41,533 bases of DNA, taken from NCBI GenBank assembly GCA_001775965.1, contig MEZG01000068.1:1-41533 (forward strand), written 5' to 3'. Numbering within the stretch: position 1 is the first letter of the stretch; each line of letters begins with the position of its first letter. Shown here piece after piece: positions 27,328-36,304 of the stretch. The position numbers were made by a program, and so were the translations under genes. This stretch comes from Candidatus Bathyarchaeota archaeon RBG_13_60_20 (GTDB lineage Archaea; Thermoproteota; Bathyarchaeia; TCS64). The notes under the pieces were generated by a model, which worked only from the letters and a program-made list of their open reading frames with translations, had not been told where the DNA came from and ran no database searches.

Positions 27328-28196
27328 GGGTAGGCATCATCGCCTCCGACCGCAGGGAGTGGCACGTGGGCCTGCTCTTAAGGGAGCTCAGGGCGAGGGG
27401 AGCCGAGGCTTACCTCCTCCCTGTCACCAGCTTCCGCGCATCCGTAGGCCGCGAGCCGAGGCTCACGGTGAAGGGCTACGGCGTGGACGACTACGACGCG
27501 GTCATCGTGCGCCGAGTACCAGGCGGCTCCGCCGAGCAGGTGTTCTACAGGATGGACGCCCTCCACAGGCTGGAGGACACGGGGGTCCTGGTGGTGAACC
27601 CTGCCCTGAGCATCGAGAGGGCCGTGGACAAGTACTACACCTCGGCGCTGCTTGAGGACGCCGGGATCAGGACGCCCCGCACCGTGGTCACCGAGAGCTT
27701 CGCAGAGGCCATGGTGGCCTACGAGGAGCTGGGAGGCGACGTGGTGGTTAAGCCCCTCTTCGGCAGCCTCGGCATGGGGATAACCAGGGTCTCCGACCCC
27801 GACCTTGCCCACAGGGTGTTCAGGGCCCTGGAGATGACCAGAAGCGTCTACTACGTCCAGGAGTTCATCAGGCACCCCGGCGTCGACCACAGGGTATTCG
27901 TCATCGGGGGCTCTATCGCGGCGTCCATGCGCCGCGTGGCCAGGGGCTGGAAGACCAACATCTCGGGTGGCGGCAGAGCCGAGCCCTATACGCCCAGCGA
28001 AGAGGTCGCCGAGGCGAGCCTCAGGGCCACCGAGAAGCTGGGCCTCATCTACTCAGGCGTCGACATCATAGTCTCGGAGGAGGGGGAGGCGTACGTCGTT
28101 GAGCTCAACAGCACTCCGGGATGGGAGGGCCTTCAATCTGTTACGGAAGTGGACATCGCGGTGCGCCTCGTCGACCACGTGCTGTCACTGATGTGA
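27324..28196 (+). CDS. RimK-family ATP-grasp glutamate ligase (MptN / Orf5-like)
   Basis: GGSAEQVFYRMDALH, ERAVDKY, VVKPLFGSLGMG, YVQEFI, WKTNISGGG and ELNSTPGW motifs. Confidence 0.9.
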   Translation: MRVGIIASDRREWHVGLLLRELRARGAEAYLLPVTSFRASVGREPRLTVKGYGVDDYDAVIVRRVPGGSAEQVFYRMDALHRLEDTGVLVVNPALSIERAVDKYYTSALLEDAGIRTPRTVVTESFAEAMVAYEELGGDVVVKPLFGSLGMGITRVSDPDLAHRVFRALEMTRSVYYVQEFIRHPGVDHRVFVIGGSIAASMRRVARGWKTNISGGGRAEPYTPSEEVAEASLRATEKLGLIYSGVDIIVSEEGEAYVVELNSTPGWEGLQSVTEVDIAVRLVDHVLSLM

Positions 28197-28202
28197 GGGA
28201 CC

Positions 28203-29219
28203 GTGTTGAAGCCGAAGGACAGGGACTTCGTGGAGACCGTCGAGGGGCACCTGTTCTGCGTGGTGGGGTACCTGCACCCCCCGGAAGGCTATACGGCGTA
28301 CCTCAAGTACGTGCCGGCCCCGGTGGGGAAGTGGGGCCGAGGCGAGGCCAGGTACACCAGGACCCTTCCCTTCTACCACGTCTCCCAGGTGGAGAACACG
28401 TACAGTTACCTCAGGGAGAACTACCCCAAGTACCTGATCGACTGTCCCGTACGCGGCTTCACGGTCTCCTATGTGCCCAGGCCCAGCGTCAGGAGGTACT
28501 ACAGGCCCCGGAAGGTACTCAGGGAGATCATGGCTAGGGGCGCAGTGGACCCCCTGGAGGAGAAGCTGCTGAGGCTGGCGGGGCTTCTCACGGATGAGTC
28601 GGGCGTAAGGGGCCTAGGCGTGACGGGCTCCATATTGACTGGCATCCACAACCCCGACTTCTCCGACATTGACCTCACAGTCTACGGTGCCGGCCCGTCT
28701 AGGAGGCTCAAGGACGCCGTGCTGAGGTTGAGGAACGAAGGCGACAGGGTGCAGCCTCCAACGCGTCAAGAGATAGAGTCGTGGTGCCGCGAGAGGATCA
28801 GCAAGTTCCCCCTGACTGTGGATGAGCTGAGACGGGTCGCCGAGACGAGGTGGAACTACGGGTTCTACACGGGCACCTACTTCTCGGTGCACCCCACCAG
28901 GGCGGACAGGGAGATCACCGAGGCGTACGGGGATAACACGTACCGCAGGGTCGGAGAGGTCAGCGGCTCGGCGACGGTGGCCGATGCCTCCGAGTCCATG
29001 TTCCTGCCCGCGTTCTACCGTGTCGAGGACGCCGCGCTGCCCGGCGGCGTCGAGGCGGAGCGCCTGGTCTCCTACGAGGGGCTCTACGGCGGCGTATTCG
29101 CTGAGGGGGATCGGGTAGAGTTCAGAGGCGCCTTGGAAAAGGTGGAGGGAAAGAACCCGGGCCACCAGGTTGTGGTCGGGGGGGCCGGCTCCCCAGCCGG
29201 CTACATAAGGTGGGCCTAG
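28203..29219 (+). CDS. Predicted nucleotidyltransferase (Pol-beta superfamily, COG1665-like), paralog 2
   Basis: LGVTGSILTG...SDIDLTVYG motif; N-terminal DRDFVETVEGHLFCVVGYLHPP...AYLKY; C-terminal GDRVEFRGALEKV. Confidence 0.82.
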   Translation: MLKPKDRDFVETVEGHLFCVVGYLHPPEGYTAYLKYVPAPVGKWGRGEARYTRTLPFYHVSQVENTYSYLRENYPKYLIDCPVRGFTVSYVPRPSVRRYYRPRKVLREIMARGAVDPLEEKLLRLAGLLTDESGVRGLGVTGSILTGIHNPDFSDIDLTVYGAGPSRRLKDAVLRLRNEGDRVQPPTRQEIESWCRERISKFPLTVDELRRVAETRWNYGFYTGTYFSVHPTRADREITEAYGDNTYRRVGEVSGSATVADASESMFLPAFYRVEDAALPGGVEAERLVSYEGLYGGVFAEGDRVEFRGALEKVEGKNPGHQVVVGGAGSPAGYIRWA

Positions 29220-30631
29220 CCCTCGGGGTACGGCTTCCACTTGTCGGACACGTAGGACGCGATCCCGGACGAGTCCATGGGGCCCACGGCGACGTTCCAC
29301 CCGGACAGCTCCTGTATCTCGCCGCTGAGCCTGGCCGCCCTGCCGGGGATGATGAGGCTGCGGTGCTTCACCTTCTCAGACACCTTGCTGTTGGTTATGG
29401 CCTCCGCCACGGTCTCGGCGGTCATCTTCCTGCCCGCCACGGCGCTCTCGACGCTCATGCCCTCGCTGTCCACCACCAGCAGGTAGCTGTCCACCTTGGC
29501 GCCCTCGATGTCAGAGGCCACCGTGTAGTAGGTGAGGGCGAAGTTGGTGGTGAGGAGCACGGGCGAATCCTCGGTCGGGTTCCCTATGGGCATGAGGCCG
29601 GCCTCCACCGAGACGGGCTTCCTGGGGTCCGTGTAGAGGTTGCTCCGCAGGAACACCTGGGGGAGCAGGGCCCACCCGCTGATGCCGTGGACCACTATTA
29701 TGTCGGTGAATCTGGTGATGAGGGCCGCGGCCAGCTGGGCCTCGCTCCACTCGTGGAGCACCGGGTCCTCGGCCGGGGCCGTCCAGGCCGCTATTGGTGC
29801 GCCCATGAGGGGGTAGCCCAGTCCCTCCTCCTCGCCGTTGATGGCGTCCCACCTCAGGATGGTGAAGGTATCCAGGTTGGCTCCCATGTACTCGGTGGGC
29901 GCGGTCCCTGGGTCCAGGACGATGTCCTTTATGCCGTACGCCTCCAGCGTGAGGGCCAGGCTCTTTAGGCCGTCCAGGTCCATGGGCGAGGAGGCGACCA
30001 GCGGGCAGCTGTGCTTCAGGGCCAGCTCGGCCATCTTCTGCCAGTTGTCCCTCGTCGCGGCGTAGATGAGGGGCCTCCTGTCCGCCGCGGCGTCCAGCCC
30101 TGCCTCCATGACAGCCGGGTCCAGGGCGCAGAGCATCAGAGGCTTGCGGGTAAGCTCGGCGGCCTTCTTAACGGCCTCCCCGAACTTGGAGGGGTCGCCG
30201 CTGGTGGACCTCACGGCCAGCATGTCCAGCGAGAGCTTCATGCCTATGTAGTCGTAGCTGAAGTCGTTGAGGACGTGGACCCTGGTCTCGAACTCCTCGT
30301 CGCCCATCTCGTCGCCCACGTCCACTGCCATGGCCGGCTGATGAAAGTAGGTGAACTCGTGCCTGTAGAGGACATACTCTCCGCCCAGGATCAACTTGTT
30401 GTCGCCCACTCCCACCTCCACGGCCTTGACCGCGGGCTTCAGCAGGGCCCACAGCTTGTTGTAGCTCTCGGCCTTCCCCGGGTCCAGGAGGGGCTTGCAC
30501 TCCTCCAAGGTTGCCTCCCTGTTCACCAGCTTGGCTGCGAAGGCCATGCAGTTGGCCTCGCCGCAGTCCTTACAGTTGGTACCGGGCAGGCCCCTGTAGA
30601 TCTCTATGGGGCTAAGTTCTTTCGCGGGCAT
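29216..30631 (-). CDS. cdhE: ACDS complex gamma subunit (corrinoid Fe-S protein large subunit)
   Basis: LPGTNCKDCGEANCMAFA...C, LYRHE, NLYTDPRKP, TTNFALTY and GPMDSS motifs. Confidence 0.97.
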   Translation of the reverse strand: MPAKELSPIEIYRGLPGTNCKDCGEANCMAFAAKLVNREATLEECKPLLDPGKAESYNKLWALLKPAVKAVEVGVGDNKLILGGEYVLYRHEFTYFHQPAMAVDVGDEMGDEEFETRVHVLNDFSYDYIGMKLSLDMLAVRSTSGDPSKFGEAVKKAAELTRKPLMLCALDPAVMEAGLDAAADRRPLIYAATRDNWQKMAELALKHSCPLVASSPMDLDGLKSLALTLEAYGIKDIVLDPGTAPTEYMGANLDTFTILRWDAINGEEEGLGYPLMGAPIAAWTAPAEDPVLHEWSEAQLAAALITRFTDIIVVHGISGWALLPQVFLRSNLYTDPRKPVSVEAGLMPIGNPTEDSPVLLTTNFALTYYTVASDIEGAKVDSYLLVVDSEGMSVESAVAGRKMTAETVAEAITNSKVSEKVKHRSLIIPGRAARLSGEIQELSGWNVAVGPMDSSGIASYVSDKWKPYPEG

Positions 30632-30635
30632 AGCT

Positions 30636-31964
30636 TCAGCCTCCCACCTTCAGAGTGACCCAGTCGGCCGGGTCCGCTGGCCTCTCCCCCTTCATGAGGC
30701 CGTCGATCATGGTCTTGAGGGCGTTGACCGCGGCTGGGTGCATCATCATGAAGTAGTCCACACCAGCTAGGAGCATCGTCTGGCCTGTGATGGTCTCCCA
30801 TATGGGGCCGCGCAACTCCCTGGGGCTGAACTCGGGGCCCATCTTCATCCAGGACTCGCGGGCCGCCCATGCGTTGGTGGTGCCCGAGGAAAGGGGGTGG
30901 TTGAGCTCGGGGTCGCCCTTGAGGGCCGCCAGGCGGCACCTCTCCATAACCGTGAACGCGTAGTCCAGGCCGTAGCCCAGGGCCGCGGTGGTGGTGTCCA
31001 TGATTATCTGCTCCTTTGGGACGAAGTCGTAGAGCTTCCTGTTGAGCTCCCGGGCCTTGTTAACGTCCATGCTGGTGAAGGCGATGACGCAGTTGTCGTG
31101 GTCCTTGATGAGTCTGGCCGACTTCTCTATGTCCATGTCCAGGGTCACCGAGTTGATGAGAAGCCTTTCCCCCTCGATCTTCTCGCTGATGGCCGTGAAG
31201 ACCTCCAAGTCCTTCTTGGGGTCCCCGCAGCCGCCTATACTGATGGGCACGTCCACGGCCTGGAGAACCTCCTCCACCTTCTTGACCGCCGCGCTGGGCG
31301 GCGCGTTATCGATAAGGGGGTCTATGGTGAGCAGGTGCAGGTTAACCATCTCGGCGCCGTACTTTTCGACGCACACCCTGGCCCACTCGCCGGTGTCGTG
31401 GAGCACCTCCTCGAAGTGCATCTTCACGGCCTTGCTGAGCCTGACCTCGGGCCAGTCGAAGACATCCAGCGCGATTATGGGCTTGTGGGGCGGCGGCGAC
31501 TGGAAGTTGTAGAAGGCTGGCGCCCTCTCCCCGCCAATGACGTAGCTGGCGGACCGTGTGCCCCCCTCGGCCTTGGTGGCCCCCAGCTTCACCTCGACGA
31601 CGCTGCCGACGTAGTCTCCCTTGGGGATTGTGACCTTGGCCGGGATGAGAGCCGTAGGCCTGGCCGGGGCGGCCGGCTGAGGGGCCAGCGCCTGCGGCGC
31701 CATGGCCTGCAAGGGCGCGTAGCCCGCCGGGAAGCCGCCGCCCAGTAGCTGAGCCATCCTGCTGGCCGAGTCCCTGATGAGGGCGAACTCGAAGGCCATC
31801 CTGCTGAGGAGGGCCGGGTTGGCTCCGCCCTGGCTCTGCCCAATGTCCAGCTCGACCTCGCCCAGATCCATCTCAACGTCCTGGAGCTCCACCTCCTGGA
31901 ACCGTGCTAGGCGCTCCAGTAGGTCGCGGCTGAGGGGCAGGGTGAGCTTGTCTGGCTTGGTCAT
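30636..31964 (-). CDS. cdhD: ACDS complex delta subunit (corrinoid Fe-S protein small subunit)
   Basis: ATG 31964; EVKLGATKAEGGTR, IGGCGDPKKD, TTAALGYGLDYA, RLAALKGD, NAWAARE and MMMHP motifs. Confidence 0.96.
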   Translation of the reverse strand: MTKPDKLTLPLSRDLLERLARFQEVELQDVEMDLGEVELDIGQSQGGANPALLSRMAFEFALIRDSASRMAQLLGGGFPAGYAPLQAMAPQALAPQPAAPARPTALIPAKVTIPKGDYVGSVVEVKLGATKAEGGTRSASYVIGGERAPAFYNFQSPPPHKPIIALDVFDWPEVRLSKAVKMHFEEVLHDTGEWARVCVEKYGAEMVNLHLLTIDPLIDNAPPSAAVKKVEEVLQAVDVPISIGGCGDPKKDLEVFTAISEKIEGERLLINSVTLDMDIEKSARLIKDHDNCVIAFTSMDVNKARELNRKLYDFVPKEQIIMDTTTAALGYGLDYAFTVMERCRLAALKGDPELNHPLSSGTTNAWAARESWMKMGPEFSPRELRGPIWETITGQTMLLAGVDYFMMMHPAAVNALKTMIDGLMKGERPADPADWVTLKVGG

Positions 31965-31969
31965 GCGGG

Positions 31970-33412
31970 TCACTCCTTCTCTGCCCTGATGATTACCCTC
32001 TCGGCCCTGATCTTGGCGTTCTTCAGTATGATCTTCAGGGTGACTCCCTGGGGGAGCCCCTGCAGCATGGCCGCGGGCAGGGCCCCGGCGGGCAGCTCCA
32101 TGGTTGGCACCGTGAAGCCCGCCATGGGGAACTGCTGAGCCTGCTGCTGCGCCGGCTGGGGCGCCGCTGCCTCCTTGGGCTTCTCCTCCTCGGCCTTCCA
32201 CCGGCCCACTATGGGGTGGCTCTTCTCCCGGAGCCACTTCTTGAGGCCGTCGAGGTCCTGGACACTCTCCTCGGTGGCTATCTTGGGCACGATCTCGGGG
32301 GGCATGTACTCCTTGATCCTGTCCATGATGTCCTTGGGCATCCAGACGACGCGGTCCCAGCCTCCGTCGGCCTGCAGGAACTTGGGGCTCCTCATGTACT
32401 CTATGCTGAGGCCGTGGAACCCGTCCACCTGCCTGCCGCCGGCCGTCAGGTCGCTGATGGTGACGAAGTCGAGGCCGTTCACCGTCTTGCTCTTGTAGTT
32501 GCGGTGGACGACGCCGTAGCCGTCCACCTCGGGTATGTAGAAGGCGCAGCCCTCGAAGCATCCGCAGCTCGTGTGAGGGTATCCAAAGGCCGTGTAGAGC
32601 TGGACTCGCTCTATCTCACCCAGACTCTTGTCTCTGATGACCTTGTTCACCTGCTCGTACTCGCCCTTCACGGGGTCGATGAGGGCACCCTTGGGTATCT
32701 CGAAAACGGGTCCCTTGGGGTCCACCTTGGCGGTGGCCCTGCCGTCGAACCAGCTGATGGCGCCGCAGTTGGCGTACCTCTGGGGCGTGATGACGCATAG
32801 GTGGGTTGGGGCGAAGCTCTGGCAGAGGCTGCACCCGTAGAATACGTCCACCTCGTCGTCGCTCATGCCTCGAGCCCTGGCGTCCCTGGCCTCGTAGAGG
32901 CCCATGGCCCTGGGGTACCACTCCTCGACCTTGGCCGGTTCGGTGATGAAGGTGATCTGCATCTTCTCGATGAAGGGCATCTCGCTCTTGTAGAGCCTGA
33001 GAAGCACGGTGCCCAAGTGGTTGAAGCTGTTGAAGCCCTTCTGGTAGCTCTTCTTGCTGAGCCTCATCTGTATGTCGTAGCGCTGGTTCAGGTGCATGAA
33101 GCCCTCGATGAAGTTGACATACTCGTGTAGACGCCGCTCTATTACGCCCTCCAGGTCCTTCTCTATCTCGGCTCCGGCCACATCGATGATCATGCCGAAG
33201 GGCGTGTTGGTGCCCTCGGGGAGCTCCTTTATGTCCTTGCCCACGATGGTCATCTTGCCGTCCTCGACCTCGTCCATCGGCTTGGCCTGGACCAGCTCGA
33301 ACTTGTAGGTCTCCCTGGGGCCACCCAGCTCCAACTGCATGTCGCGGCCCCTGATCCTTTCACCCTCGTAGATGATGCCCACATCCACGGGGATGTCCTC
33401 AAACATCGACAC
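31970..33412 (-). CDS. cdhC: ACDS complex beta subunit (acetyl-CoA synthase)
   Basis: YEGERIR, FYGCSLCQSFAPTH, CGAISW, HTSCGCFE and FLQADGGWDRVVWMP motifs; A-cluster Cys intact. Confidence 0.97.
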   Translation of the reverse strand: MSMFEDIPVDVGIIYEGERIRGRDMQLELGGPRETYKFELVQAKPMDEVEDGKMTIVGKDIKELPEGTNTPFGMIIDVAGAEIEKDLEGVIERRLHEYVNFIEGFMHLNQRYDIQMRLSKKSYQKGFNSFNHLGTVLLRLYKSEMPFIEKMQITFITEPAKVEEWYPRAMGLYEARDARARGMSDDEVDVFYGCSLCQSFAPTHLCVITPQRYANCGAISWFDGRATAKVDPKGPVFEIPKGALIDPVKGEYEQVNKVIRDKSLGEIERVQLYTAFGYPHTSCGCFEGCAFYIPEVDGYGVVHRNYKSKTVNGLDFVTISDLTAGGRQVDGFHGLSIEYMRSPKFLQADGGWDRVVWMPKDIMDRIKEYMPPEIVPKIATEESVQDLDGLKKWLREKSHPIVGRWKAEEEKPKEAAAPQPAQQQAQQFPMAGFTVPTMELPAGALPAAMLQGLPQGVTLKIILKNAKIRAERVIIRAEKE

Positions 33413-33413
33413 T

Positions 33414-33959
33414 CTACTTTCCCTCCTCTAAGCGTGATACTATCTTATCTACTGTGTCCTTCCAGTCGGGCTCCGGCATCCAGCCGAGGCTCCACTCGGC
33501 GTTGGGCTGGTAGCTCCTCTCCAGGCTTATGGTCCTGAGGCTGCTGAAGTTCTTGAGCCCGGACTCCACGAGCCACTCCATGTAGTAGGGGAACCCTGCG
33601 AAGACCACGGCGTCGTATGAGCCCAGGCCGTCGAAGCCCCTCCAGTCGGGGTCGCTCAGGTGCTTGCCCAGCACGAAGATGCCCATGCTGTACGCCTTAG
33701 TGACGCCCCTGCGCCTGAACTCTCCCACCAGGTGGCCGGTTGCCACTACCGTGATCTTCTCGTTCCTCATGACCCTGATTGCGGTGTCAACCAGGTCCCC
33801 GTCTTTGGTCTTCACAGCCGTCGATTCAGACCCTATGACGAGTAGGGGCCTCTTAGCCCTGGATATGAGTTTGGCGGCCACATCGGGGTTGGGGACGACG
33901 TTGGCCTTCTTGGGGCCGGCTATCTCGGCCGTCTGCCCCGTGTTCATCTTTGCGGCCAC
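33414..33959 (-). CDS. cdhB: ACDS complex epsilon subunit
   Basis: ISRAKRPLLVIG, DPDWRGFDGLGSYD, LKNFS and YQPNAEWS motifs; lies between cdhA and cdhC. Confidence 0.94.
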   Translation of the reverse strand: MAAKMNTGQTAEIAGPKKANVVPNPDVAAKLISRAKRPLLVIGSESTAVKTKDGDLVDTAIRVMRNEKITVVATGHLVGEFRRRGVTKAYSMGIFVLGKHLSDPDWRGFDGLGSYDAVVFAGFPYYMEWLVESGLKNFSSLRTISLERSYQPNAEWSLGWMPEPDWKDTVDKIVSRLEEGK

Positions 33960-36304
33960 TATTCCCGCCTCCTCACCATCCTGTCGAGGAGGGTCGGATC
34001 CGGTGAGGCTATCCTGTCCTCAACCCAGCCCTTGGCCTCAAGTATCTTCATTATCTCGTCCTTCATGGTGAAGGGCACGTCCTGTCCGCGGCGGACGAAG
34101 AGGTGCAGGTCGTCGGGCATGGCCCCGTAGTGCTTCTTGTGCAGGTCTATGTAGTGGCTGAGCTTGACTGCGCGGCCCTTGCTGGTGTCGTTGGGCCTCA
34201 TGGCCAGCTTGGCGATCATGACCATGGCCTCCTCCAGGGTCTCGGCGGCGTAGAACAGATGCTCAGGGGCGGGGCCCACGTAGACCTCCTGGCCGTCCCT
34301 GGCGTTGAACACCTTCCAGTCCTCCTCCTTGCCCTGGTCTCCCAGAAGCATCCTGCGGTACTTGGAGCCGTGGGGACCAACCACAACAGGTATCCCCAGC
34401 CTCCAGCAGCCCGCCGCGATGGAGGCCGCTTTCTGGCTCATGGCGCCCCACGCGACGCCCACGGCGCCTACGCGGTTGTATATGTAGTCGGCTATCTCCT
34501 CGTAGTTGGCCCTAAGGGGCCGCTTGGCGAAGATGTTGGCGATCTTGATGGCGGCCCCCGTGATGTGGCCGTTGGAGACGCAGCTGCCAACGTTAACCAG
34601 GCCTCCGGCGTCGAAGTTGCCCGGGTACTTCTCGTAGAGGTTCTGGCCCTCCTCGTCCCTGGTCATGGCTATGTTCATGGCGGAGCAACCCGAGGTCACG
34701 ACGATGAACCGCCTCTTGAGGAACTCCTCGGCTATGGCGGCCACGTCGCCTCCCCCAGCCGGGTAGTTGGCGCAGCCCACCAGGGCCACGACCCCCGGAA
34801 TCTCTCCGAAGACTATTGGGCTGCCCACCTCCCTGATCTCCACGTCCTGGATGGCGCCCCTGCCCACCCTTATGGGGTACTTCTCGTTGACCAGCTGGTC
34901 CTTGGACGCCTGGGTTATCATGGTCAGTATGGGCAGGTCGGCGGGGCAGGCGCTCTCGCAGCGGCCGCACCCGACGCACAAGTCGTTGAGCTCTGCTAGG
35001 GGCCCGTAGTCGCCCTCCTTGGCGGCCGTCATGGCGTCCATGATGGGCAGGGTGTTGGGGCAGGCCCTTATGCACTCCATGCAGGTCCGACACTTGGACG
35101 CGATCTCCTTGAGGTCGCCCAGGTCCACCAGCTTCTTTTCGCCCCGCCGCTTTCTGACGGCCATGGCCGTCTTCACGGCGATCTCGCCCACCTTCCTGGG
35201 CTCCGTGACTAGGGCGCCCGGCGACCTACCCGAGATGAGGTCGTTCACCACGGCCTCGGCAGGGTCGTGGGTCCTGTCAGGTAGCCCCAGGCAGCTCTTC
35301 TCGCTGGTGGCGAGGACGGGGACGCCGATTAGCTTCGCCTGGTCCATGACGTCCGTGCGGATGCACTGCTCGTCCACGACGATGAGGTCGGGTATCCCGG
35401 ACTTGATGAACTTGAGCTGCCACGAGATGGGGCCCACGATCTTGGATCGCTTGTTGTACCTGCTCATGTCGTGGGCGGTGCAGCAGAGTCCGCCCACCTC
35501 CACCTGGTCGAAGAGGTCGTGGTCCATGAGGTAGTCGATGATGTCCACGCTGGGCAACACGTTATGGCCAATGCACATGATGACCGGCTTATCGGGGTTG
35601 ATCGTGCCGTAGCCCAGTTCAGCCAGCGGCGCCTCTGGGTCGCCTTTTGGTAGGCCGAGCGTCGCGATCTGCATGAGGTCGGCCACCTCCAGGGCGACGT
35701 GGTCCAGCATCCCCGCGTGGAAGGCCTTGGACTCGAAGTCGATGTTGTCACCCTCCTGGCCAGTGTGGGCCGCGGCCACCAACTGCACTATCTGGGTCTC
35801 CACGTAGTCCAGCGCCTCCTCCAGGTCCCCGATGGTCTGGGGCTTTATGCCGCAGACGAGCCTGACGTGAGGCGCCTCGACATTGGTGTTCAGCGCAGCC
35901 ACCAGGGGCGTGTCCTTCCCGAACTCCTGTATGAGGTGGTTGAGCATGTGGCGGCCGTGAGCGGCGTGGGTCGCCGCGCCTATACAGCAGGCCAACAACA
36001 CGATCCTGGACTGCTGCGCGGGCATGCTGATGCCGCAGGCGCCCTTCTTGTCGCCCGTGAGGTCGCACTTGCCATAGGTGCACAGGCAGCACAGATCGCA
36101 GAAGGGCATGTAGAAGGGCTTGTACCTGTTTAGGAGCTTCCTGTCCCAGCTTCTCAGCGTGCTCACGGAGGGCATGGGTGTGGGCCCCATGGGTTCCTCC
36201 CACTCCTCGTCCATGATCCGGCCGATCTGGATCTCCAGGCCCTTGAAGGTGCCGAGGGTGGATGAGAGTTCATCGAACTTGAGCTTTACGTTCCTGTTCG
36301 CCAT
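33959..36304 (-). CDS. cdhA: ACDS complex alpha subunit (archaeal Ni-CO dehydrogenase)
   Basis: PMGPTPMP, CDLCCLCTYGKC, IGHNV, GLCCT, DEQC, two extra CxxCxxCxxxCP motifs, VGC, SGC and GSCVSN. Confidence 0.98.
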   Translation of the reverse strand: MANRNVKLKFDELSSTLGTFKGLEIQIGRIMDEEWEEPMGPTPMPSVSTLRSWDRKLLNRYKPFYMPFCDLCCLCTYGKCDLTGDKKGACGISMPAQQSRIVLLACCIGAATHAAHGRHMLNHLIQEFGKDTPLVAALNTNVEAPHVRLVCGIKPQTIGDLEEALDYVETQIVQLVAAAHTGQEGDNIDFESKAFHAGMLDHVALEVADLMQIATLGLPKGDPEAPLAELGYGTINPDKPVIMCIGHNVLPSVDIIDYLMDHDLFDQVEVGGLCCTAHDMSRYNKRSKIVGPISWQLKFIKSGIPDLIVVDEQCIRTDVMDQAKLIGVPVLATSEKSCLGLPDRTHDPAEAVVNDLISGRSPGALVTEPRKVGEIAVKTAMAVRKRRGEKKLVDLGDLKEIASKCRTCMECIRACPNTLPIMDAMTAAKEGDYGPLAELNDLCVGCGRCESACPADLPILTMITQASKDQLVNEKYPIRVGRGAIQDVEIREVGSPIVFGEIPGVVALVGCANYPAGGGDVAAIAEEFLKRRFIVVTSGCSAMNIAMTRDEEGQNLYEKYPGNFDAGGLVNVGSCVSNGHITGAAIKIANIFAKRPLRANYEEIADYIYNRVGAVGVAWGAMSQKAASIAAGCWRLGIPVVVGPHGSKYRRMLLGDQGKEEDWKVFNARDGQEVYVGPAPEHLFYAAETLEEAMVMIAKLAMRPNDTSKGRAVKLSHYIDLHKKHYGAMPDDLHLFVRRGQDVPFTMKDEIMKILEAKGWVEDRIASPDPTLLDRMVRRRE

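Noticed and set aside
30636-32561. 641-aa ORF suggesting a long N-terminal extension or fusion on CdhD
   Set aside because: The first ~200 aa are an Arg/Gly/Pro-rich off-frame reading inside cdhC; the real start is ATG 31964, just after the cdhC stop
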